Under the pieces are notes generated by a model. The model saw nothing but the letters and a program-made list of their open reading frames with translations, did no database searches and had not been told where the DNA came from. Both the position numbers and the translations under genes were made by a program. From positions 109,427-173,426 of the forward strand of contig PMBI01000011.1 in the NCBI GenBank assembly GCA_003153775.1: DNA of 64,000 bases, given 5' to 3'. This DNA comes from Syntrophaceae bacterium (lineage in GTDB: Bacteria > Desulfobacterota > Syntrophia > Syntrophales > UBA2185). The stretch's first letter is position 1. The number at the start of each line of letters is the position of its first letter. Shown in pieces: positions 49,385-59,732 of this stretch.

Positions 49385-49431
49385 TCAACCATGGAAGCGC
49401 ATTATCTCAACGAATCAAGAACAAATACCAT

Positions 49432-50823
49432 ATGACAATCGTCAAGCCATCCATTTGTTTCTTTCTGCTTGTATCCATCATAAGCCTCAGCATCGGATGC
49501 GCGACCTTGCCGAACGTCTCAGAAATGATCGATGAGACGCGGACTGCGGAGAATCCTCATCAAATCGTTTCGTCAAAAGGACTGTTATCTCCCGAGAAAA
49601 GCAAGGCTATCATGGACCGGCTGAAGCGATCTGTCGCCTCGACGGATATGTTTGAACGCCACACTGCCGTGATAGAATCGGTGACGGAAAGCCCGCTGAC
49701 AAAGGGGAACAAAGTCACTCTGCTCGCCGATGGTCAGGCTACATATGCGGCAATGTTCAAAGCAATGCAGAACGCGAAGGACCATATCAACCTTGAGAGC
49801 TATATCATTGAAGACGACGAAATAGGCCGCAAATTTGCAGATCTGTTGCTGCATAAACAAGCTGGTGGCGTCCAGGTCAATCTCATTTATGACGGCGTTG
49901 GCAGCATGAATACTCCGGCTTCTTTTTTCCAGCGCCTGCGCGAAGGCGGAATTCAGGTTGTGGGATTCAATCCGATAAATCCACTGAAGGGACGGGAGCA
50001 CTGGGGGCTGACGCACCGGGACCACCGCAAGATTTTGATACTCGACGGCAAAGTCGCTATTATCGGCGGCATCAACATCAGTAAAGTTTATTCGAGCAGT
50101 CCTCTCGAAAGGACACAGGACGAAAAGATGCCGATTCGCTGGCGTGACACAGACGTTCAAATTGAAGGCCCGGCGGTGGCTGAATTCCAGAAGCTCTTTC
50201 TCGACACATGGATGAAGCAGAAGGGACCGAAGCTTTCCGAACGGAACTATTTCCCTCATCTGAAAGAAGAAGGAAATGCCCTGGTGCGGGTGGTCGGCAG
50301 CACACCGGGAGAGACCAACAGAATCCCTTTTATTATGTACGTGTCGGCCATCACTTTTGCAGACTGCTCGATTCACATGACAAATTCGTATTTTATCCCT
50401 GACGGGCAGGTGGCAAAGGCCCTTACTGATGCTGCCAGGCGCGGTGTTGACGTAAAAATTATTCTCCCCGGGATCACCGATTCTCAGTTGGCATTATATG
50501 CACAGAGGTATTATTATTCCGATCTTTTGAAATCTGGGGTGAAGTTATACGAACACAGTACTGCGCTCCTGCACGCGAAGACCGCGGTGGTTGACAACGT
50601 CTGGTCTACAGTCGGCTCAACTAACATGGACTACATGAGTTTATTGAGCAATGACGAGGTGAATGCGGTCATACTTAGCCGTGAGTTTGCCGTCGAAATG
50701 GAGAAGATGTTTGCCAGGGACCTTGCGCGTTCCAGGCAGATTCAATGGGATGAATGGAAAAAAAGACCCCTGCTCCAAAGGTTCAGGGAGTGGATTACGC
50801 ACCTATTCTCCCACTGGATGTAA
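49432..50823 (+). CDS. cls: cardiolipin synthase / phospholipase D family, lipoprotein signal
   Basis: Two HKD motifs (HRKILILD, HAKTAVVD); lipobox SIGC. Confidence 0.88.
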   Translation: MTIVKPSICFFLLVSIISLSIGCATLPNVSEMIDETRTAENPHQIVSSKGLLSPEKSKAIMDRLKRSVASTDMFERHTAVIESVTESPLTKGNKVTLLADGQATYAAMFKAMQNAKDHINLESYIIEDDEIGRKFADLLLHKQAGGVQVNLIYDGVGSMNTPASFFQRLREGGIQVVGFNPINPLKGREHWGLTHRDHRKILILDGKVAIIGGINISKVYSSSPLERTQDEKMPIRWRDTDVQIEGPAVAEFQKLFLDTWMKQKGPKLSERNYFPHLKEEGNALVRVVGSTPGETNRIPFIMYVSAITFADCSIHMTNSYFIPDGQVAKALTDAARRGVDVKIILPGITDSQLALYAQRYYYSDLLKSGVKLYEHSTALLHAKTAVVDNVWSTVGSTNMDYMSLLSNDEVNAVILSREFAVEMEKMFARDLARSRQIQWDEWKKRPLLQRFREWITHLFSHWM

Positions 50824-50872
50824 GATGACTCTTTAGTCGAGCCATAAATAAGAAATCTCGCATCAAAAATCT

Positions 50873-51910
50873 TTATCGAACCTTTTTATCGGTCATATCC
50901 TTTTCAATAAAAGCGCCGGAACTTGCAGATGCCGTGATTACCGACAAATCAATGTGCGTAAACAGCGGGAAATGGTCGGAGGGGTAAGATTTTTTCCGAT
51001 GTGGTTGAATGACTTTCGCATCTTGGACCCGGACAGAAGACGGGACAAAAATATAGTCAACTTTGAACCGGAAAAAAAATCTGCGAAACCCATGAAAGGT
51101 AGCTACCTTTCGAGCATTTGGATATCGTACCCGGAAAATGTCCATTAATGGTTCGGGATTTAACACACTTCCTCTTGTCTTGATTCTTAGAGGAATTTTA
51201 CCTTTTAAATATTGTATGGGCGCAGTCTTCTCTCTGGCGTTAAAATCACCCGTTAGTACAAAAGGATCGGGAGAGGATCGCCTATGAATGAACTGTGTCA
51301 AGAGTACGACGCTATTTTTCCGCGAACGCAGCGAAATATGATCCAAATGGACATTGTAAAAATAAAAAGCCTGCCCTGAGTCTTTTTCAATGAGGCGCAC
51401 CCATGTGCATGTTCGCGGGATGATGTTACCCCATCCCTTTGACCCGGGGAGATCGGGTGTATCTGAAAACCAGAAGGTGCCCTCCGCAGACGGGGAGAAG
51501 CGCACCGCATCATAAAAGATGGCAGTGTGCAAGCCTTTGCTGCCACCCAAATTTCCCGTGCCAATCGTCTCATATCCGGGAAGCATGGTGCGGATTTCTG
51601 ATATTTGAAAGTCCAACGCTTCCTGTAGTCCCAAAACATCCGGGCGATAATGATTTAAAAGATCGGATACGTGCTTACGACGAAATATCCAGTGATTCTT
51701 TCCGTCTCTCGCCGTCCCGCGCCGAATATTAAAACTCATAACATTTAAGTTCAATCCGGTATTTGGCAGCGGTTGGGAAAAAGAATCCAGTTCGGCTTTT
51801 GGAATTTTGCGCAGCGAATTGAATAGCCTAAGCCAGACGACTGGATGATAAATTCGAGCAATTGATTTCTTGCCGAATATGCGCCCTTTCCTTTTTCTTG
51901 TCTTCAGCAT
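50873..51910 (-). CDS. endonuclease/exonuclease/phosphatase-family protein
   Basis: MSFNIR, GLQE, NVHLDH, GDFN, VDYIF, PSDH. Confidence 0.88.
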   Translation of the reverse strand: MLKTRKRKGRIFGKKSIARIYHPVVWLRLFNSLRKIPKAELDSFSQPLPNTGLNLNVMSFNIRRGTARDGKNHWIFRRKHVSDLLNHYRPDVLGLQEALDFQISEIRTMLPGYETIGTGNLGGSKGLHTAIFYDAVRFSPSAEGTFWFSDTPDLPGSKGWGNIIPRTCTWVRLIEKDSGQAFYFYNVHLDHISLRSRKNSVVLLTQFIHRRSSPDPFVLTGDFNAREKTAPIQYLKGKIPLRIKTRGSVLNPEPLMDIFRVRYPNARKVATFHGFRRFFFRFKVDYIFVPSSVRVQDAKVIQPHRKKSYPSDHFPLFTHIDLSVITASASSGAFIEKDMTDKKVR

Positions 51911-52231
51911 ACGTTATATAACCTGTTTGGATGAATCTAAATTTGATATCGAAGGCCACTAAGTTAGTTATGATAAGTAAAAAGGCAAGTCATTGAATGA
52001 AAAATTGGCAATTTAGTTTACGCGGGAGCGATGTAGCTTGCAGGCATTTATGGGTTCATTACGCCGCACTGAATTAATTCATCGCACGCGCAAGAAGTAC
52101 TATTATTTTTGTGAAATATCACATAAGATAGTTAAGAGGGTATGGCAGTGGGTCTCTATCCTCTGCCGCGTCTGGACAAACGTCTATAACTATCGTGTAC
52201 CTAATGAGCCTGCACCTCCAAGAGGGATAGC

Positions 52232-53569
52232 ATGGTCCAAGAAACAAAGATTCGACGCAGAATCGCTTCTTCAATAGCTAATCATGGCCTTGTGGCCATC
52301 CTCGCCTCAGTTTTATTGGTACTGGTCATATCGATTCTAATCGCCTATCATTTCCAGGCTCCCGGCAATCTAATTATGACTACGGGATTTGAAAGCGGGT
52401 CTTATCAAATTTTCGGTGAGCGCTACCGGGAGATATTGGCACGTGATAAGGTTCATCTTGAGTTGCTTCCCTCCTCAGGTTCCGTAGAAAATCTAAAGCG
52501 TCTCAACGATAAGTCCTACCGCGTGGATGCCGGTTTTGTCCAGGATGGAATGAGTTCGCCCGGAGAGGTAACGGATCTCGTTTCCCTGGGAGCCATAGGC
52601 TACTTGCCTTTATGGGTGTTTTATCGAAGCGAAGAGACATTTGACTACCTGTCCGAACTCAAAGGGAAGAGAATCGTGATCGGCCCGGAGGGGAGCGGGG
52701 TGCGCATATTTGCCACCAAATTGCTTAAACTAAATTATAGTGCAGCTCCGCCAACCGTGCTGCTCGACTTTGCCGGCGCTCCTGCCAATAAGGCTCTGCT
52801 GGAAGGGACTGTAGATGCAGTAATGATAATCGGTACGGAGGATAATCCCCTCGTTAAAGAACTCCTGTATAACCCCAAAGTGAAGTTGATGACGTTCAGG
52901 CAAGCGGAGGCTTACACCCGGCTTATCCCTGCCTTATCGCATGTTGTGTTGCCCCAGGGCATACTGGATATTTCAAAGAGGACACCCTCTCAGGATATTC
53001 ATCTTTTAGCAGTGACAACAAGTCTCATTGTGCATAAAGACCTGCACCCTGCTTTAGTATATTTGCTTCTCGACGCCGCCGTCGAGATTCACAGCAACGC
53101 GGGCTGGGTGTATAAGAAGGGGGAATTCCCCTCGCCAAGAGAACTGAGCTTTCCCACCTCTAAATATGCTGAGAAATTCTATAAATCGGGGCGGCCTTTT
53201 CTGCTTGATTATCTTCCCTTTGGGATAGCTGCGTTTGTTGACCGTACGATATTAATTATGGTCCCGGTAGCCATAATCCTAATCCCTTTAATCCGCAGCA
53301 TACCGTGGCTGTATTCCTGGCGGCAGCGCCGGAAATTCTATCACTGGTACAGAGAACTTAAGAATCTGGAGTTGGAAGTCATGGAAAACACCGAACCGGA
53401 GGACATATCGGGATATCATGAAAGGATTGACCGGATCGAAGCATCGATCAACAAAATCACCGTGCCCCTGGCTTTTTTTGACGAGGCCTATAAGCTTCAA
53501 GAGCATGTTGATCTGGTTCGGAGGAAACTTGGCAGATTTAGTAATCACCCCAAGGCGGGCAATCCGTAG
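52232..53569 (+). CDS. TAXI-family solute receptor with N- and C-terminal TM helices
   Basis: TG..SGSY, GSVENL, IGPEGSG, DLHPAL. Confidence 0.82.
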   Translation: MVQETKIRRRIASSIANHGLVAILASVLLVLVISILIAYHFQAPGNLIMTTGFESGSYQIFGERYREILARDKVHLELLPSSGSVENLKRLNDKSYRVDAGFVQDGMSSPGEVTDLVSLGAIGYLPLWVFYRSEETFDYLSELKGKRIVIGPEGSGVRIFATKLLKLNYSAAPPTVLLDFAGAPANKALLEGTVDAVMIIGTEDNPLVKELLYNPKVKLMTFRQAEAYTRLIPALSHVVLPQGILDISKRTPSQDIHLLAVTTSLIVHKDLHPALVYLLLDAAVEIHSNAGWVYKKGEFPSPRELSFPTSKYAEKFYKSGRPFLLDYLPFGIAAFVDRTILIMVPVAIILIPLIRSIPWLYSWRQRRKFYHWYRELKNLELEVMENTEPEDISGYHERIDRIEASINKITVPLAFFDEAYKLQEHVDLVRRKLGRFSNHPKAGNP

Positions 53570-53791
53570 TATCATCAGATTAATCATCGCTGGCGTGAAA
53601 ATTGACGGTTCTATAAGTGTAAATGACAAGAACGCTTCGCCTCTTCGTGAACCCGTGCATCTCCCACACTTGATTCGTGCGAATCATTTCAATCATTGAT
53701 TGACTACAAAATGTTTCTTCTCTATGGTTGCATCACGCGCCGCGAGGATGGCAGCAATTCAGACAGCGGCAATCAGCTTCGGAGGTCAATA

Positions 53792-56158
53792 ATGAACAGG
53801 GCTTTGTATATAATCATCTTCGTTGTGGCTTTGATGACAGGGTGTGGTGCTTTAATGCCGGAGAAGGCGAGGCTATCGGGTGCGGGCCGCTACGATGATC
53901 TGGCGCGCCATATGGAGGGAAGCATCAGCGACGTACGCACGGCGTCTAACCAGGACATCACCTACTTGTGCCTTGCTTACTCCAACTTGAAGAATTACAA
54001 CAAATTGTTTCCTTGTCTCGACGAGATGCAGATGCGAATCGACCGGGGCGATACGGTGCTTTTCAAGGCGCCGCCCCCCTTTCGAGGGGGACATGGCGAT
54101 ATCAGGCTGGAGTATGGAATTATGCGGACGCGGGCTTACATCGAAACAGGTGACTATGCCCAGGCAATACTTCATGGCCGGCGTGTCGTGGAATTCGTAG
54201 GTCCGGATCCCGTGCAGTCCAGAAAAGGACATGCCGGGCGTCAACGGTCACCGAACTTATTGGGGGCGACGGCCTACACGGAAGCGTGGCATCTGCTGGG
54301 TCTGGCCTATGCCCTGAAAGGCGAAAGGGGAGAGGCGGAAGAATGCCTCTACAGACTCGAACGCACGCCGACACATGGTGTCGCCGGCGCCGCGGACGTC
54401 AAGTACCTGGCCATTGTAGGAATCAATATCGCCCTCGGTCAATACAAACAAGCGCGGGAAGCGTTTGAACTCCTGAAACTGGAGGGCAGCAACTATATGC
54501 GCACGCTCGGTTCCGCGATTGCGTTAGTCTTATTTCAAGTGGGAGAAGAGGAACTGTGGACATACAAGGATCTGCCGAAGAATTATGCATATAACAAGGT
54601 GCTGCTGGAGACAGGCGATGTTGTCGAGGCCAAGAAAGGGTATGACGAGCTGCTGAAAGTGCCGCAGATTAAAGTGAACGGCACGATCTACTGGCTGATC
54701 CTCTTTGACCGCGGACGCATTGCGGAGCAGGAGGGAGACCTCAAACTCGCAATCGATTTATACCGGCGGGCCGTCGATATCATCGAACAGCAGCGCTCAA
54801 CCATCAATACGGAAACGAGCAAGATCGGGTTTGTCGGCGACAAGCAGGCCGTCTACCGCCGCCTTATTGCGGCCCTCTTCAATGATAAACAATATTCATC
54901 CGCCCTTGAGTATATAGAACGATCAAAATCGCGGGCGTTGGTGGATCTGCTTGCCACGAAAAAGGACTTTGCAGTTCAGAAAGGCAATGAAGAGCAGGTG
55001 CGAGAGCTTTTGGCTATGACGGATAAAAGCGAACAGCAAACGCTCGTTCAGGATGTCAGTTTGAAAAACGACAATACCCGCAGCGTAATTATCAAGACAA
55101 AAGATCAACTCCAGCAGCAGACCTCGGAGCTTGCTTCGCTTGTCAGCGTGACCTCGATCTCTGTTGCTGAAATTCAAAAACTCGTCCCGCAAGATGAGAC
55201 GCTGATCGAGTATTACTATACTGACAAAGACCTGTATGCATTTGTCTTAACATCACAGGGACTGTCTGCCATCCGCATCGAGAGCGGAAACCTTGCCGAC
55301 GAGATTAAAGCGTTCCGCAAATCGCTTGAAAATGCTTCTTCACGTTCTTATGAAGTGCTGTCACGACAGCTCTTCAACAAGCTCATGAAGCCGGTCGAAG
55401 GTTCGCTTCATACCCGGAAGCTTATCATAGTCCCCCATGGTGCATTACACTATCTGCCATTCTATGCCCTTCATGACGGCAGCGACCACGTGATCGAACG
55501 ATACAGCATCCGTATGCTTCCGAGCGCGAGCGTCATCAGTTATTTGCAAAGGCAGAAAGTGAGAAAGGCGGGGGATATTCTTGCATTTGGAAATCCCGAT
55601 CTCGGAGACCCCAAGTATGACCTTGCGTATGCGCAGAATGAAGCGATAGCCGTATCGAAAACGAGAGCGCATTCGAAAGTATTTTTGCGGAAAGATGCAA
55701 CTGAAGCGGCTTTGAGAAAGTACGGTGATGGATTTAGCTACATCCATTTTGCGACGCATGGAGAATTTGATGCAGACAAGCCTTTGAATTCCGCCCTCCT
55801 CCTCGCGGTGGATGCGGAAAGCGATGGTAGACTGACTGTCGACAAACTCTACTCCATGAAACTGAACGCAGACCTCGTTACCTTGAGCGCTTGCGAAACA
55901 GGCTTGAGCAAGATCGCCAATGGTGATGACCTGGTCGGTCTTACCAGGGGATTCCTGTATGCCGGCTCCAGTTCGATTGTAGCCAGCCTCTGGAAGGTGG
56001 ATGACCTTGCCACAGCGCAACTCATGACGCGTTTCTACAAGGAAATTGAGAGTACTGATAAACGTGAGGCTCTGAGAACAGCGCAGTTGGAGACCAGGAA
56101 GAAATACCCGCATCCTTATTACTGGGCGTCTTTTCAACTTACGGGGAATGCGAAGTAA
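53792..56158 (+). CDS. TPR-CHAT protease lipoprotein (3)
   Basis: GGAGG RBS before ATG 53792; lipobox MTGC; HFATHG, LSACETG. Confidence 0.92.
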   Translation: MNRALYIIIFVVALMTGCGALMPEKARLSGAGRYDDLARHMEGSISDVRTASNQDITYLCLAYSNLKNYNKLFPCLDEMQMRIDRGDTVLFKAPPPFRGGHGDIRLEYGIMRTRAYIETGDYAQAILHGRRVVEFVGPDPVQSRKGHAGRQRSPNLLGATAYTEAWHLLGLAYALKGERGEAEECLYRLERTPTHGVAGAADVKYLAIVGINIALGQYKQAREAFELLKLEGSNYMRTLGSAIALVLFQVGEEELWTYKDLPKNYAYNKVLLETGDVVEAKKGYDELLKVPQIKVNGTIYWLILFDRGRIAEQEGDLKLAIDLYRRAVDIIEQQRSTINTETSKIGFVGDKQAVYRRLIAALFNDKQYSSALEYIERSKSRALVDLLATKKDFAVQKGNEEQVRELLAMTDKSEQQTLVQDVSLKNDNTRSVIIKTKDQLQQQTSELASLVSVTSISVAEIQKLVPQDETLIEYYYTDKDLYAFVLTSQGLSAIRIESGNLADEIKAFRKSLENASSRSYEVLSRQLFNKLMKPVEGSLHTRKLIIVPHGALHYLPFYALHDGSDHVIERYSIRMLPSASVISYLQRQKVRKAGDILAFGNPDLGDPKYDLAYAQNEAIAVSKTRAHSKVFLRKDATEAALRKYGDGFSYIHFATHGEFDADKPLNSALLLAVDAESDGRLTVDKLYSMKLNADLVTLSACETGLSKIANGDDLVGLTRGFLYAGSSSIVASLWKVDDLATAQLMTRFYKEIESTDKREALRTAQLETRKKYPHPYYWASFQLTGNAK

Positions 56159-56423
56159 CGGAAATCCTCTCCCTCCCTTGCGAGGCGGCAGTTAAGGTGC
56201 GTAGGCTGACTGTGCATTTGCTTCTTTTTAGAAGGGTAGGGCGAGCGATATTACTTTTCATGGTGGATTTCACATGTAAATTGTGATACTCAAAATACCC
56301 TGGATGAGGGTACTATGGACTGATTACTGAAACCCCGTATCTCCAGAAGAGAGCGGGGTTTCGTGCTGAGTGCGATCTTTAGCAAAAAGTAAAATTGCCG
56401 CGACAATAAAAGGGGAACGACGG

Positions 56424-57941
56424 ATGAATATTGCGTGTTATCTGAGGATGAGCGCCAGGGAATATGGCGACAAGGTCGTGGCCATGGAGGGGGATCGGGA
56501 GATCACATACAGCGAGTTGGATGACAAATCGAATCGGATTGCGAGCTGGCTTAGGAAATCAGGTGTGCGACCGGGAGAAAGAGGCATTATATATATGCCG
56601 AACAATATCGAATATTGCTATCTGCTGTTCGGCATGTTCAAGGCGGGGGTCATTCCTATACCCTTGAATCACCGATTCCAGAAGGAAGATATCCGCTATG
56701 TTATAATGGACTCGGGCGCATCGCTCATGTTCGTGCTCGAACGAAACGCACTGCTCGCGAACGAGTTGCAAAAAGAGGTCTCCACACTGGAGCAGGTTGT
56801 CGTCTCCGACGAAGAGGCATCAGGGTCGAATGCTCTCATCAACGAAGTTCTGAAGCGGTACAATCCGGACCCGGATATTTTTCCCGCTCTCGATGACGAC
56901 CTTGCCATGATCCTGTATACGAGCGGAACGACGGCAAAGCCCAAGGGGGTGAAACAGACCCACCGGAACATCGTGGCAAACGCGAACGTTTTTGCCTTCA
57001 CCCAGCAGTTGACATCCAGGGATCGGTTTCTCTGCGCTACACCCCTGTTTCACGTCGGCGGGATGATCCCCTCCTTCGCGACTATTTTCACCGGCGGATC
57101 GGTCGTTTTTTTGCCCATCTGGGATGCCACAAAATTCCTGGAGCTCGTTGACCGGAAAAGAGTGACCTGGACAATTCTGGTGCGTCTTATGGGGGCCCAG
57201 CTTGCCGGTACGGAGGGCACAGATAAATACGATTTGAGTTCGTTGAAATACATTGTCTTCGGAGGAGCGCCCGTATCCGAGGCAATCTACAACAATATTC
57301 AGAAACAATTTAATATAGCAGCGTACGAACTTTACGGCCGAACGGAGCACGTGGGTGTCTCCATCAGTTACGAAATGACCGATACGCGTGTGCCGGGATC
57401 AGCGGGGAAACTGCTCCGGCAGGTCATTAAGGGCAAGTTCGTAGATCCTCTGACGGGCGAAGCTGTCGGTATCGGTGAGCCGGGTGAACTGATGGTCAAG
57501 GGAGACATCGTGACTCCCGGGTATTGGAATAAGGCCGAAGAAAATATAAAACTTTTCGACGAGGAGGGATGGCAGCATACGGGAGATGTATTCACGCAGG
57601 ATGAACAAGGCTATCTCTTCTTCATGGAACGAACAGACGATATGATCATGAGCGGAGGTGAGAATATCTATCCGCGGGAGATCGAATCTGTCTTGTATAA
57701 CCACCCGGGAGTTGCGGAGGTGGCCGTCATCGGACTTCCCCACGAGGAGTGGGGGGCACAGGTCACTGCCGTCATCGTGAAGAAAGACCCGAAATTAACG
57801 GAGGAAAAGATCGTCGCATACCTGAAGGGGAGAAAAGATCTCAGCGGCTACAAACGACCGCGGTCTATAAAATTCATTGATAAAATGCCGAAAACGGCAA
57901 CCGAGAAGATTGACAAGGCGGCGCTGAAAAAGCTCTATTGA
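56424..57941 (+). CDS. acyl-CoA synthetase (AMP-binding)
   Basis: YTSGTTAKPKG, YGRTE, GWQHTGD, SGGENIYPREIE. Confidence 0.92.
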   Translation: MNIACYLRMSAREYGDKVVAMEGDREITYSELDDKSNRIASWLRKSGVRPGERGIIYMPNNIEYCYLLFGMFKAGVIPIPLNHRFQKEDIRYVIMDSGASLMFVLERNALLANELQKEVSTLEQVVVSDEEASGSNALINEVLKRYNPDPDIFPALDDDLAMILYTSGTTAKPKGVKQTHRNIVANANVFAFTQQLTSRDRFLCATPLFHVGGMIPSFATIFTGGSVVFLPIWDATKFLELVDRKRVTWTILVRLMGAQLAGTEGTDKYDLSSLKYIVFGGAPVSEAIYNNIQKQFNIAAYELYGRTEHVGVSISYEMTDTRVPGSAGKLLRQVIKGKFVDPLTGEAVGIGEPGELMVKGDIVTPGYWNKAEENIKLFDEEGWQHTGDVFTQDEQGYLFFMERTDDMIMSGGENIYPREIESVLYNHPGVAEVAVIGLPHEEWGAQVTAVIVKKDPKLTEEKIVAYLKGRKDLSGYKRPRSIKFIDKMPKTATEKIDKAALKKLY

Positions 57942-58054
57942 AGCTCTCCGCCGCAAGCTGCGGAGAAGCTTCGATTCTTAAGGAGCAATATCGTTCGTCA
58001 TTTGCTCGCTTACGCCGCAGCAAGCTGCTGAGAATGGGCTCGCTACCGAATTCA
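57940..58054. repeat. pair of REP-like palindromes (REPIN/MITE-like)
   Basis: GAAGCTCTCCGCCGCAAGCTGCGGAGAAGCTTC, and a second copy GCCGCAGCAAGCTGCTGAG about 70 bp later. Confidence 0.6.
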
Positions 58055-58358
58055 TAGACTTGATGAGCGTCGTTTCAGCTCATGTGAAATGCGAAGTGAC
58101 TAAAAGCTTCTGCCTTCGGTGCAGATCGGTAATGAAGGTTCTTACGTTGATTAATCATCTGCTTCTTCCTGCGCTCAATAGGCTTGCCTTTCATGTGGGG
58201 GCGGCCGCTACTCCACCTCTCTTTCCCAATGACATCGCCAGCACCAGCATTTCAATTCAAAATATACGTTGACATGCAAAAACGGGCCACCTATACTCCC
58301 GTCCATCGAAATCAATGCTTTATCAATCCGAACTGCCGGTGAAAGGAGTGAATGAACT

Positions 58359-59027
58359 ATGAAGCCGAGGTTGTCAATCCTGATGTCCATGTGTTTGAGT
58401 CTGTTATGCTTGCTCTTTGTAATGGGGGAACCGCGAGCGCAAGCAGGAATCCTAGCGGGTGATAATCAAGTTCAGTTGGCGTCGAACAGGAGCGGGTCGC
58501 TTTGGATTGAAGTTACTCCCGACCATATGTACACCGGTGACTGCAACGGGAAACTGAGTTACGGGGGCGGCGTGGGGGCATACCGTCTAGTGGTCCATGA
58601 TAACATGAAACTAACGCAAGTTCCGGGGCAATTCTTGTACAGTTTCTGTGCTACTGTCGGCGGTGATTATGCCTTTCAAGTCTGGGACGGCTCGGGTAAC
58701 ACGGTTTCCGCAAGAGTTAACGTGAGTCAGCGATCAACTCCGCCTCCGCCAAAAGCAGATATTTTAGGTAGTGTTTGGCGGGTTACTGAGGGAGACCCAA
58801 ATTGGACCGGGACATGGACTCGCCGGGGAACCTCCAGTGTGTTTGATGCGGTCTGGACAGGTTACGGGCAGCGCAGTACAGGTGCTTTAACGATTGCTGT
58901 GAGCGGTAACAGTGTTACGATCACTCGCGGCAATGGGCAATATACAGGAACGATCAATGGAAAATCAGCATCGGGAACAGCATCGTGGTACAGTAGTGGT
59001 CAACGCTGGTCAGCTTCGATCGAGTAA
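58359..59027 (+). CDS. secreted beta-rich hypothetical protein (two domains, Pro linker)
   Basis: AAGGAG RBS, signal peptide, TPPPPK linker, Trp/Gly/Thr-rich C-terminal domain. Confidence 0.8.
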   Translation: MKPRLSILMSMCLSLLCLLFVMGEPRAQAGILAGDNQVQLASNRSGSLWIEVTPDHMYTGDCNGKLSYGGGVGAYRLVVHDNMKLTQVPGQFLYSFCATVGGDYAFQVWDGSGNTVSARVNVSQRSTPPPPKADILGSVWRVTEGDPNWTGTWTRRGTSSVFDAVWTGYGQRSTGALTIAVSGNSVTITRGNGQYTGTINGKSASGTASWYSSGQRWSASIE

Positions 59028-59033
59028 GAAAGA

Positions 59034-59175
59034 AAGATATACGAAGTAGATATCCTAGTCTGTCCGAAATGTCAGGGGTCCATGCGAAGCATCAGTTTAA
59101 TGGCGGACCCGTCGTGGATTCGGGATATCCTCAATCATCTGGGACTATGGCTGGTACAGGCAAAACCGCCACCGC
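59034..59175 (+). mobile_element. remnant of an IS91/ISCR-like transposase C-terminus
   Basis: KIYEVDILVCPKCQGSMRSISLMADPSWIRDILNHLGLW...KPPP, the zinc-ribbon tail typical of these transposases; no start and no catalytic domain. Confidence 0.7.
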
Positions 59176-59229
59176 TGGCATGTGCACCACTCCTCACATA
59201 CCAAAAGCTGATTCCTCTCATTCTCCAGC

Positions 59230-59445
59230 ACCTAGGGATTCCTTTATGCCGGTTCCGGTTCGATCGTAGCCAGCCTCTGGAAGGTGGACAATCTTGCGAC
59301 AGCGCAACGCATGACCAGCTTGTACGAGGAAATGGAGAGTACCGATAAGCGTAAAGCTCTAAGAATAGCGCAGTTGGAGACCAAGAAAAAATATCCCCAT
59401 CCCTATTACTGGGAATCTTTTCAACTCACGGGAAATGCGAAGTAA
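59230..59445 (+). pseudogene. 3' remnant of a fourth CHAT gene
   Basis: T*GFLYAGSGSIVASLWKVDNLATAQRM...KKYPHPYYWESFQLTGNAK*, colinear with 55943-56158; downstream DNA also homologous. Confidence 0.92.
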
Positions 59446-59732
59446 TAAAATCTTCTCCTTAGCCCTATAAAGCGGTAGCTAAGGTTCGTGGGTTGATCAT
59501 GCGTTTGTTTCTTCCTGAAGTCAACAAACGTCAATCTCGACAAAAATGCAAGACTTCAAATCGCAATCATTGATGTTCTTTCCAAAATATGTGATATGGA
59601 TAACCAGTTCTGAGAGGGACCGGGGCCAACTGTGAGGGGCTGGGGCCAATGGATACATGGTTGAATTAGTGTGACGCTGCCGGGAAACCAGCGGAAGAAA
59701 CCGGTCTACACGATTCAAATAAAGGAGGGTAT

